A DNA stretch of 64,000 nucleotides from Gemmatimonadota bacterium (GTDB lineage Bacteria; Gemmatimonadota; Gemmatimonadetes; Gemmatimonadales; GWC2-71-9), in contig JBDHKN010000009.1 of the NCBI GenBank assembly GCA_039586365.1, positions 1 to 64,000 of the forward strand, read 5' to 3'. Below the pieces are notes generated by a model. The model saw only the letters and a program-made list of their open reading frames with translations. It ran no database searches and had not been told where the DNA came from. Below are positions 46,901 to 54,759 of this stretch, in pieces. Each line of letters begins with the position of its first letter. Position 1 is the stretch's first letter. Both the position numbers and the translations under genes were made by a program.

Positions 46901-47256
46901 GCACGGCGGGCCCGTTGAAACCACGCGTGTTGGTCTGATGTGTGATTGATCACTAGCTCCGTGATTACGCGGAGACCACGCCGGTGAGCCTCTCTGAGGA
47001 ACAGTTTGAAATCCCGCAGTGTGCCGTAATCGGGATGAACGTCTCTGTAGTCGGCAATGTCGTAGCCGTCATCTCTCAGCGGGGAAGGGTAGAATGGTTG
47101 GAGCCAGACGGTAGTAATGCCGAGATCTTCTAGGTAGTCGAGCTTCTGAGTGAGACCACGAAAATCACCGATGCCGTCTGCGTTGCTGTCGTGAAAGGCG
47201 CGAACATGCACCTGGTAGATGATCGCATCCTTATACCACAGAGTATTGCTGCTCAC
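43927..47256 (-). CDS. treS: Trehalose synthase fused to maltokinase (TreS-Mak/Pep2)
   Basis: WYKDAIIY, DDGYDIADY, RLDAVPYL, AEANQWPE, LRNHDELTLE; C-terminal RWFGGK, EQSNTS, RVHGDYHLGQ, DFEGEP. Confidence 0.96.
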   Translation of the reverse strand: MSSNTLWYKDAIIYQVHVRAFHDSNADGIGDFRGLTQKLDYLEDLGITTVWLQPFYPSPLRDDGYDIADYRDVHPDYGTLRDFKLFLREAHRRGLRVITELVINHTSDQHAWFQRARRAPRGSRQRDFYVWSDTPDKYQETRIIFKDFEHSNWSWDSVAQAYYWHRFYSHQPDLNFDNPDVSKAVLQLMDFWFGLGVDGLRLDAVPYLYEREGTNCENLPETHEFLRQLRRRVDERFDDRMLLAEANQWPEDAVAYFGNGDECHMAFHFPLMPRLFMGIQMEDRFPIVDILDQTPGVPDSCQWAVFLRNHDELTLEMVTDEDRDYMYRVYAQDPRARVNLGIRRRLAPLMGRSRRRIELMNSLLLSLPGTPVLYYGDEIGIGDNIYVGDRNGVRTPMQWSADRNAGFSRSNPQQLYLPVIIDPEYHYEAVNVEAQQSNPNSLLWWMKRIIALRKESPVFGRGAIEFLHPDNRKVLAFLRGSGEGRVLVVANLSRFAQCAELDLQQLAGMVPIELFGRTPFPKIRSEPYFVTLAPHAFYWFGLESPPERPESISITASRADALSVPGSWHSVFRGKKVKDLERLLPGYLRARRWFGGKARQILSARIADTVAAPLDKRGACLTLVEVSYTEGDPDFYSLPVAFATGDRASELFDSHPYEILARLSVAQEDGQVDGVLYDALLEPDFCTFLIDTIARRRLLKGTSGSVQGFTTRGFRNRIKEVSASVEPALLKAEQSNTSIVYGDKFILKLFRRVDEGRNPDLEVGRFLTERTSFRHMPPVAGALEYGRPRREPMTLAVVHGFVPSEGDAWQHTLDTIEQYFERVLAQADGQKPILLPDAHIVDLVDSSIPAAAEAQVGLYLESARLLGRRTAELHLSLASRTDDPAFAPEQFNTMYQRSLYQSTRSRADEVLRHLEKRIRYLPKDARREARQVLAARKAIEPRLRAVLDRKIRAARIRVHGDYHLGQVLDTGRDFVILDFEGEPARPLGERRLKRSPLRDVAGMLRSFHYASVSAIVGGRVRPEDVPAVEAWADSWYGWVALTFLQSYVATVGDTTILPKTADERRILLDTHLFDKALYELLYELNNRPEWVRIPLRGIAQLLGLTAEHQ

Positions 47257-47274
47257 TCCACGCCTCGGCCGTGA

Positions 47275-49257
47275 TCAGCGCACCACGCGGAGTACGTGCC
47301 CCGCGCGCACAGCAGGATCGAGATCCACATAGTTGCGTACTCCCCTCCATTCGTACCGCCGTCCGGTAAGCAGATCCTCTACCTCGTAACTGCTGTCAGG
47401 GGCGAGGCCCAACACCCCAACAGGCACGTCGGCCATGCCCGCTTGGCGGTTATTGGGATCCAGATTCACAAGTATCAGGAGATCGTTGCGCCACATGGTT
47501 CGGGAGTAGAAGATCAGTTGTTCGTTATCGGTTGGATGGAAAGCGAGATTTCCCTGGGTCTGAAGTGCTGGATTCTCCCGGCGAATGCGGTTCAGAGCCT
47601 GGATGTCGTCGTTGATGTTGCCTGGCGCCTCCCAGTCTCGCACGCGGATCTGGTACTTCTCCGAGTCTAGGTACTCCTCGCTGCCTTCCCTGATAGCCAC
47701 GTTCTCGCACAATTCAAAGCCACTGTAGATGCCATACAAAGGTGAAAGCGTGGCCGCTAGCAGCAGGCGGACGCGAAACGCGGGACGGCCACCCTTCTGG
47801 AGGTAAGCATGGAGGATATCTGGGGTGTTTGTGAACAGATTGCCGCGGAAGTACTGGACGAGCTCCGTGCTGTGCAATTCAGTAAAGAGCTCGCGCAACT
47901 CGGCGGCCGTGTTCTTCCAAGTGAAATAGGTGTAGGATTGAGTGAACCCAAGCTTCGCGAGCCCCTGCATTTTCTTGGGGCGAGTGAAGGCCTCGGACAG
48001 AAAAATGACCTCGGGATGCTCCTCCTTGATGCTTGCGATGAGCCACTCCCAGAAAACGAAAGGCTTGGTGTGCGGATTGTCCACGCGGAAAGTCTTGACA
48101 CCGCGCTCGATCCAGTAATCGAGTATCTCCTTACACGCGTTCCATAGATTGTCGCGGTCCTCACACCAGAGATTGAACGGTACGATATCCTCGTATTTCT
48201 TGGGCGGATTCTCCGCATGCTTGATACTACCGTCAGGTCGAATCACGAACCAATCAGGATGTTCGTGGATCCAGGGATGGTCCGGCGAGCACTGCAGCGC
48301 GTAGTCCAGGGCAATCTCCATTCCCAGGTCGGCTGCATGCTTGACGAACTGCTCGAAGTCCTCAACGGTACCGAGTTCTGGGGCGATCGCTAGGTGGCCA
48401 CCATCACTGTTGCCGATGGCCCAGGGACTTCCAGGATCGGCCGGCTGGGCCGTCAGAGAGTTGTTAGGCCCCTTGCGGTGTGTGATGCCAATCGGGTGTA
48501 TGGGAGGCAGGTAGACGACATCAAAGCCCAACTCGGCAAGGCGCCGTAACCTCTTCTCAGCATCCCTGAACTTCCCGTGTTTGCCGGGCTCTGTTCCCTG
48601 CGACCGGGGGAACATCTCATACCAAGCCGCAAACCGAGCCTCCGGGCGATCGACCATCAAGTGGTACTCGCGGCGGTGACGAGTGATGTGTGATTCATTC
48701 ACCAAGCCGGCCATGTTGGTCGCCAGTTCCGGGGCGAACGCGACCTTCAAGCGATCCTCGAGCTTGAGCTTTGGATCGCAGAGTTGCTTGGCTGCAGTCT
48801 GGAGTTCTCGGTGAGCACACGGATCACTGTTTGGCAGGGTATTGGTGATGACCTGCGCGCCCTCGAGCAACTCGACCGCTACGTCGTGCCCCGCAGCTAC
48901 TTTCTTACGCAGCTCTGCCAGCCAAGTGCCGAAGCTGTCCGGCCAGGCTTCCACGGTAAAACGCCAGAGACCGATCACGTCGAGTGGAAACTCTGCGTTC
49001 CAACGGTCCGTGTCGTAATCGTACGACATCTCAACACTGCGCCAGACGCGATCGTTCGGTCCACGGAATCGCGCGCGGGCTGCTATCAGGTCGTGACCGT
49101 CCATGTAGATGTCCGCCCCCACCCTGCAGCTATCTCCAACAATCCGCTTGATGGGGTAGCGACCAGCGTCGAGTTGAGGGTACACGTGCTCGATCGTGAT
49201 TCTTGAATACTCGATCCGGCTCTTCAACCGAGGCGCTGTCAGATCTGTGTTAGCCAC
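47275..49257 (-). CDS. glgE: Alpha-1,4-glucan:maltose-1-phosphate maltosyltransferase
   Basis: WYEMFPRS, YLPPIHPIG, GSPWAIG, QCSPDHPW, AENPPKKYEDI, FRVDNPHTKP, LSEAFT, TPDIL, SEKYQ. Confidence 0.97.
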   Translation of the reverse strand: MANTDLTAPRLKSRIEYSRITIEHVYPQLDAGRYPIKRIVGDSCRVGADIYMDGHDLIAARARFRGPNDRVWRSVEMSYDYDTDRWNAEFPLDVIGLWRFTVEAWPDSFGTWLAELRKKVAAGHDVAVELLEGAQVITNTLPNSDPCAHRELQTAAKQLCDPKLKLEDRLKVAFAPELATNMAGLVNESHITRHRREYHLMVDRPEARFAAWYEMFPRSQGTEPGKHGKFRDAEKRLRRLAELGFDVVYLPPIHPIGITHRKGPNNSLTAQPADPGSPWAIGNSDGGHLAIAPELGTVEDFEQFVKHAADLGMEIALDYALQCSPDHPWIHEHPDWFVIRPDGSIKHAENPPKKYEDIVPFNLWCEDRDNLWNACKEILDYWIERGVKTFRVDNPHTKPFVFWEWLIASIKEEHPEVIFLSEAFTRPKKMQGLAKLGFTQSYTYFTWKNTAAELRELFTELHSTELVQYFRGNLFTNTPDILHAYLQKGGRPAFRVRLLLAATLSPLYGIYSGFELCENVAIREGSEEYLDSEKYQIRVRDWEAPGNINDDIQALNRIRRENPALQTQGNLAFHPTDNEQLIFYSRTMWRNDLLILVNLDPNNRQAGMADVPVGVLGLAPDSSYEVEDLLTGRRYEWRGVRNYVDLDPAVRAGHVLRVVR

Positions 49258-49266
49258 TTCCTGAGC

Positions 49267-51423
49267 TCACGCGGTTGGTGGGTCGTCCTCAAGCGTGTCG
49301 CCTCTCATGATGGGCAAGTAGAAATCCTGCGCATACCGCTGAACCATGTATCGGGCAGTGAATTGCTCGCCAGCGGTCTTCACGGCGTGCTTCACACGCT
49401 GAACCCAATGAACCGGGACGCCGCGCTTATCACGCTCAAAGAACAGCGGGATTACGTCATCCTCCAACAGAGCATAGAGGTGCTCGGCATCCCATTCGTC
49501 TGCATCGCTCCCGGCCGGGACCTCCGGAATCGACCAGCCGTTTTCTCCAGTGAAACCTTCAGCCCACCAGCCGTCGGCCGTCCCCAACTGGGGAACGCCG
49601 TTCAACGCCGCCTTCATCCCGCTGGTGCCACATGCCTCCATGGGAACCCTTGGCAGATTGAGCCACAGGTCCACTCCCTCCACCAGTCGGTGCGCTATGT
49701 GCAAGTCGTAGTCCTCCAAGAAAGCAATCCTGCCTTCGAACTGCGAATCCCGAGTGAAGGAGTAGACATCATGCATCATCCGCTTGCCATGATCATCAGC
49801 GGGATGTGCCTTACCAGCGAAGATGAACTGCACCGGCCGCCATGGGTTCACCAGGAGTTTCCGCAAGCGGTCGGGCTGCCGGAATATCAGGCTGGCGCGC
49901 TTGTAACTGGCAAACCTCCTTGCAAAGCCGATGGTGAGAGCGCCCGGGCTGAGTAGCGTGCCGGCGCCCACCAGGTGTGCCGCTTCCTGCCAGTGATCCC
50001 GCCAATGCCGCCGAGCTTCCTCGTGGATGAAGTGCAACAGCCGGGACTTCATCTGCTGGCGGAGCGTCCAGAGCCGTTGATCATCCAAAGCCAGCACTCC
50101 ATTCCAGACTCCCGGCTCGTCGAGACGTGCACCCCAGTCAGGACCGAGGTGTTCGTCGAGAAGGCCCATCACCTTGTTCGACATCCAGGTGGCAAGGTGG
50201 GCTCCGTTCGTGACATGCACGATAGGAACCCTCTCCGGATTACGCTCGGGCCACAGGCAATGCCACATGTCTCGGGTGACCTGGCCATGACGCCGCGCGA
50301 CCCCGTTTACCCTGCCGGACAATCGAATCGCCGCTGCGGTCATGTGAAAACGGCCGTGATCCATGTCCGGATGATGTCCTAGCGCAAACAATTCCTCGCG
50401 GCCGATCCCCATCTCTCTCCAAACAGGACCAGTGCAGTGCTCTATCTGGTCGGAGTAAAAGGAATCGTGACCTGCGGGCACTGGGGTGTGTGTCGTGAAT
50501 AAACTCGTAGCCCGTACTTGCCGCACTGCCTCCTTGAACTCGACGCCGCTCGCACAGAGTTCGCGGACGCGCTCGACCAGCATGAATGTTGCATGGCCTT
50601 CGTTGGCATGCCACGCGGAAGGCCCGATTCCCAGCGCGCGGAGCACCCGGACTCCACCCACACCCAGTATCCACTCCTGCCGGAGACGCAATCCTGGCCC
50701 GCCGGCGTATAGCTTGTTGAGTAGTTGGCGATCATCCGGATGGTTCTCGACGAGGTTGGTGTCGAGGAGATAGACCGGTACTCGCCCCACCAGCATTTTC
50801 CACGCACCCACGTGGACGGATCGTCCGTCCGCTTGCACCGTGACGATGTAGGGTTCGTCGTTCGGTCCTCTGAGGTGCGTCAACGGTGTCGTGGCCGGAT
50901 CGTACGTTTCATCGCTGTCTTCCTGCCAACCGTCGATGCGTACCCTCTGATCGAAGTACCCCTTCGTGTAGAACAGTCCCACCGCAACGAGGGGCACGCC
51001 GAGATCCGAGCATGCCTTGCAGTGGTCGCCGGCAAGGACGCCGAGACCTCCCGAGTAGATCGGCACGGAATTGTGTAACCCGAACTCGGCGGAGAAATAG
51101 GCGATCGGGCCGGTTGCGAGACCTGAGTTGCCGACGGCAAACCAGGTGTTGTCGCTAGTCTCTTCCCGTGCCAGTTCGGTGGAAACCGAGTCGTACAGGG
51201 CGAGGAAGTCCGGATCGCCTGCGCACTGCTCGAGCCGTTCTGGTGACACCCGCTGCAGTAACACGATCGGATTGTGTCGCGTCATCCGCCATAGGGTTCG
51301 GTCGATCAGGCCAAACATTGCTCTCGCACGACGGTTCCAACTCCACGAGAGATTGGTGGCCATTGCGGCGAGATTGCCGATACGCTCGGGCAGTTGCGGA
51401 AACACTCTGACTGCTTGATCCAT
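49267..51423 (-). CDS. glgP: Alpha-glucan phosphorylase (GT35)
   Basis: YFSAEFG, YSGGLGVLAGD, NEGH, FTTHTPVPAGHD, GFARRFASYKR, AGKAHPAD, EACGTSGMKA; start placed at ATG 51423. Confidence 0.95.
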   Translation of the reverse strand: MDQAVRVFPQLPERIGNLAAMATNLSWSWNRRARAMFGLIDRTLWRMTRHNPIVLLQRVSPERLEQCAGDPDFLALYDSVSTELAREETSDNTWFAVGNSGLATGPIAYFSAEFGLHNSVPIYSGGLGVLAGDHCKACSDLGVPLVAVGLFYTKGYFDQRVRIDGWQEDSDETYDPATTPLTHLRGPNDEPYIVTVQADGRSVHVGAWKMLVGRVPVYLLDTNLVENHPDDRQLLNKLYAGGPGLRLRQEWILGVGGVRVLRALGIGPSAWHANEGHATFMLVERVRELCASGVEFKEAVRQVRATSLFTTHTPVPAGHDSFYSDQIEHCTGPVWREMGIGREELFALGHHPDMDHGRFHMTAAAIRLSGRVNGVARRHGQVTRDMWHCLWPERNPERVPIVHVTNGAHLATWMSNKVMGLLDEHLGPDWGARLDEPGVWNGVLALDDQRLWTLRQQMKSRLLHFIHEEARRHWRDHWQEAAHLVGAGTLLSPGALTIGFARRFASYKRASLIFRQPDRLRKLLVNPWRPVQFIFAGKAHPADDHGKRMMHDVYSFTRDSQFEGRIAFLEDYDLHIAHRLVEGVDLWLNLPRVPMEACGTSGMKAALNGVPQLGTADGWWAEGFTGENGWSIPEVPAGSDADEWDAEHLYALLEDDVIPLFFERDKRGVPVHWVQRVKHAVKTAGEQFTARYMVQRYAQDFYLPIMRGDTLEDDPPTA

Positions 51424-51492
51424 AGAGGATGCAAATAAAGCTACAGGGTGCGAAATTTGCCAGGTGGACAAGTGAGGCAACTATGGTTGGTG

Positions 51493-53133
51493 CTAGCTGG
51501 AGAGCTTCGTCACGGTGATCGGTTGCGTGTTGTCAGATAGGATTGGTGTGACACCCTGTCGCTCGACAGGTCGGTATTGGTTCCACCACTCGCGGGCCAG
51601 TTCGTCGGTCCAAGGCTGGTCAACCTCGATCGTCGCCAAATGTTGGTCGAGCACTTCCGCTGAGGGGGGGCGCTCGTCCTTGCTCTTGCGCAAACACTGG
51701 AGCACCAAGCTGTCGAGTGCGGGTGGAACTGCGAACCTAGCGTGCCGTGACGGTGGATCAGGTGCATCGTTGATGTGTTTGACGAGCATGACCGGGAGCG
51801 TCGGGGCCCTGAATACCGTGCGTCCAGTGAGCAGCCAGAAAGCCACGCAGCCCAGAGAGTAGATATCGCTCCGGATATCCGTTTCAGGGCTGCCTGACGC
51901 CAGCTCTGGCGATCCATATGCCGGGGTCCCGATGTAGGCACCGATCCTCGTGATTCCCACATCGCGCTCGAGTTCTTCCCCCGCCATCTTCACCAGCCCG
52001 AAATCCAATACCTTCACAAAATCAAGATCACAGCCGTAGCGGCAGACGTAGATGTTGGCCGGTTTGATGTCGCGATGCACCAGGTTCTTTCCATGGGCCT
52101 CCGCCAGCGAATGGCAGACCTGCCGCAGAATCCTGATTGCCCGCCCCGCGGGAAGCGGACCGTAACGGCCGACCAACTCGTCGAGACTGAGTCCCTCCAG
52201 CAGTTCCATCACGTAGTAGAACGTGCGGTCCTCCGTAATGCCAAAGTCATACAGTTGGATGGTGTGGGGCGACCGAAGCTGAGCCGTGGCCTGCGCTTCA
52301 CGCTCGAAGCGTAGCAAATGACTGCTTGGTGTATGTCCGGGTGTGGAATCACCGCCAGCGCTCCGGATCAGTTTTATAGCGGCCGAACGGGCTAGCATCC
52401 GGTGCTCGGCCTTCCACACCTCCCCCATTCCCCCCTTCCCCAGCAGGTCCGTCAGTCTGTAGCTACCCATCTGCCGGGCCTTGTGGACGTCGGTACCCAG
52501 GCCGTACACGACGCGAGATCCCACCATGGCCAGCCCCACGCAGATGAATGTGGGAAAGGTCACCATGAACACCATGTTTCCAGGGAGCGGTGGCAGGCCC
52601 CTGGCGACCGCGATCGAGTACATGAGCGGCTGCATGCACGCTGCGGCAATCGAAGCAAGCATTGTCTTGCCGGGTGTAGTGGGCACGAGTAGCGGAAAGA
52701 TCACTATCCAGACGCAAGTCCAGCTCAAGCCCACCATGCCTCCCGATTCCGGCCACTGTCTGAGAAACACAATGCCGATCTCGATCCCGGCTGCACCCAC
52801 GACTTCGTAGACGAGCCCCAGATTCATCACGAAGCAGTCGCTCAGACGGCCACTACGTGCGAGCAGAAACATCCCTACAGACAGGAGGATGAAGGAAGCG
52901 GCGGTGATGTCACTGATGAGGGCTGTGTCGGGGTCCCATTGCTCGGGAAAGCTCTGGGCGAAACGCGCTGATCCGTACGCCAGCGTGTACACGCAGGCGT
53001 AGACAATAGCAGCCGTGCCGAGTCGGCGGGTCGCCCGCTCTAGCAGGTCGGCCGGCAGCGCTGCGCTCACTGACGCCACGCCACTCACACGAGCGGCAGT
53101 GGAATCACGCTTCCGGAGAATATCATCACGCAT
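51493..53133 (-). CDS. Membrane-anchored Hanks-type Ser/Thr protein kinase
   Basis: About six N-terminal TM helices; GKGGMGEV, AIK, HRDIKPAN, DFG, GTPAYGSPE, DIYSLG. Confidence 0.95.
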   Translation of the reverse strand: MRDDILRKRDSTAARVSGVASVSAALPADLLERATRRLGTAAIVYACVYTLAYGSARFAQSFPEQWDPDTALISDITAASFILLSVGMFLLARSGRLSDCFVMNLGLVYEVVGAAGIEIGIVFLRQWPESGGMVGLSWTCVWIVIFPLLVPTTPGKTMLASIAAACMQPLMYSIAVARGLPPLPGNMVFMVTFPTFICVGLAMVGSRVVYGLGTDVHKARQMGSYRLTDLLGKGGMGEVWKAEHRMLARSAAIKLIRSAGGDSTPGHTPSSHLLRFEREAQATAQLRSPHTIQLYDFGITEDRTFYYVMELLEGLSLDELVGRYGPLPAGRAIRILRQVCHSLAEAHGKNLVHRDIKPANIYVCRYGCDLDFVKVLDFGLVKMAGEELERDVGITRIGAYIGTPAYGSPELASGSPETDIRSDIYSLGCVAFWLLTGRTVFRAPTLPVMLVKHINDAPDPPSRHARFAVPPALDSLVLQCLRKSKDERPPSAEVLDQHLATIEVDQPWTDELAREWWNQYRPVERQGVTPILSDNTQPITVTKLSS

Positions 53134-53251
53134 AGTTGGAGTATGGCAATATAATCCAGCTAGATTGCTGAGACAGGAGTGGATCCGAAATCCTCATGAG
53201 GCAGAGTTCGAGACGCGGACACGTCGTCGCGGGACCTAGAGGGACCATCAC

Positions 53252-54607
53252 ATGAAGCGTATGATCTGTCTGTCTGGCTGGATGTTCATTGCGACCAGTT
53301 CGTGTGCTGCGCCGGGTCAAGATGGTGCGGTTGACAGGGCGGCCCTTGCGCAGCAAGTGCGAAGCGAGTTCCTGCACGCCTGGGAGGGATACAAGAGCTA
53401 CGCCTGGGGCCACGATCAACTCAAGCCACTCAGCCGGAGCTATCGAGACTGGCACGCGGCGTCGCTCTACATGACCCCACTAGACGCATTCGACACGATG
53501 CTACTGATGGGCCTGGCTGTGGAAGCACAGGAGGCCAAGCAACTGATCCTGGAGAATCTCACGTTTGATCATGACTTCGATGTGCAGATCTTCGAAATCA
53601 ACATCAGACTCCTGGGTGGCCTGCTGACGGCCTACCAGATGGACGGCAACAAGCGATTCCTAGAGCTTGCGACCGATCTGGCGGATCGGCTCCTGCCGGC
53701 GTTCGACTCACCGACAGGGATGCCATACGTGAGAGTGAACCTGCGGACCGGTGAGGTGAGGCAGCGGGTGAACAACCCGGCCGAAATCGGCACGCTGATG
53801 CTGGAGATGGGAACGCTGAGTAAGCTCACCGGGAATCCGCTGTACTACGAGACGGCCAAGCGGGGAGTGGTGGCGGTGTTCGAGCGCAGGTCCGCGGTCG
53901 GTCTGGTGGGAACCACGATCGATGTCGAGAATGGACAGTGGCAGAACACCGACAGTCATATAAGTGGCAGGATCGATTCCTACTACGAGTATCTGCTCAA
54001 GGCATGGAAGTTGTTCGGCGACGAGGACTTCAGATCGATGTGGGAAGCCAGTATTGCAGCCGTGAATCGATACTTGGCTGACAGTGTCGAGACTGGCTTG
54101 TGGTACGGGCACGCTGACATGCACAGCGGCAGGCGAACGGCAACACGGTTTGGGTCGCTCGACGCGTTCATGCCGGCGGTGTTGGCGCTGGGAGGGCACC
54201 GGGAGCTAGCCGCACAGCTCATGCAGTCGTGTTTCGAGATGTGGCACCGCTTCGGAATCGAGCCGGAACAACTGGACTACGTGAGTATGGAGCTGGTCGA
54301 TCCGGCCTACCATCTCAGGCCGGAAGCCCTAGAGTCTGCCTACTATCTGTACCGTACGACGGGTGATGACCAGTATCTGGCCATGGGCAAAACAATGTTC
54401 CATAGTATCGTAGCCCATACCCGTACGGAGGCGGGCTTTGCGGCCCTAGAGAGCGTGGCCACGAAGGAGAAGAGGGATGCTATGGACAGCTTCTTCCTCG
54501 CCGAGACGCTGAAGTATGCCTATCTGCTGTTTGCCCCCGACAACGTCCTCGACTTCGAGTCGGTGATCTTCAACACCGAGGCTCATCCTATTAGGAAGAC
54601 TTGGTGA
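53252..54607 (+). CDS. Glycoside hydrolase family 47 (class I alpha-1,2-mannosidase), secreted/lipoprotein
   Basis: HAWEGYKSYAWGHDQLKP, FEINIRLLGGLL, AEIGTLMLE, DSYYEYLLK, LRPEALES, SFFLAETLKY, FNTEAHP. Confidence 0.95.
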   Translation: MKRMICLSGWMFIATSSCAAPGQDGAVDRAALAQQVRSEFLHAWEGYKSYAWGHDQLKPLSRSYRDWHAASLYMTPLDAFDTMLLMGLAVEAQEAKQLILENLTFDHDFDVQIFEINIRLLGGLLTAYQMDGNKRFLELATDLADRLLPAFDSPTGMPYVRVNLRTGEVRQRVNNPAEIGTLMLEMGTLSKLTGNPLYYETAKRGVVAVFERRSAVGLVGTTIDVENGQWQNTDSHISGRIDSYYEYLLKAWKLFGDEDFRSMWEASIAAVNRYLADSVETGLWYGHADMHSGRRTATRFGSLDAFMPAVLALGGHRELAAQLMQSCFEMWHRFGIEPEQLDYVSMELVDPAYHLRPEALESAYYLYRTTGDDQYLAMGKTMFHSIVAHTRTEAGFAALESVATKEKRDAMDSFFLAETLKYAYLLFAPDNVLDFESVIFNTEAHPIRKTW

Positions 54608-54759
54608 GTCACATATCAATGGCGGGACTCAGCTCTCTCTTCCCATCTATCCCTTCACACTGTAAATCTACGCTGCGTTCCGCAATGGCTCCCGTTTAGG
54701 GAGGTACGCCGTCGAGCGGTGCCAGGGAAACTAACCTCGCAAGCACGGGTTGAGGGTGA

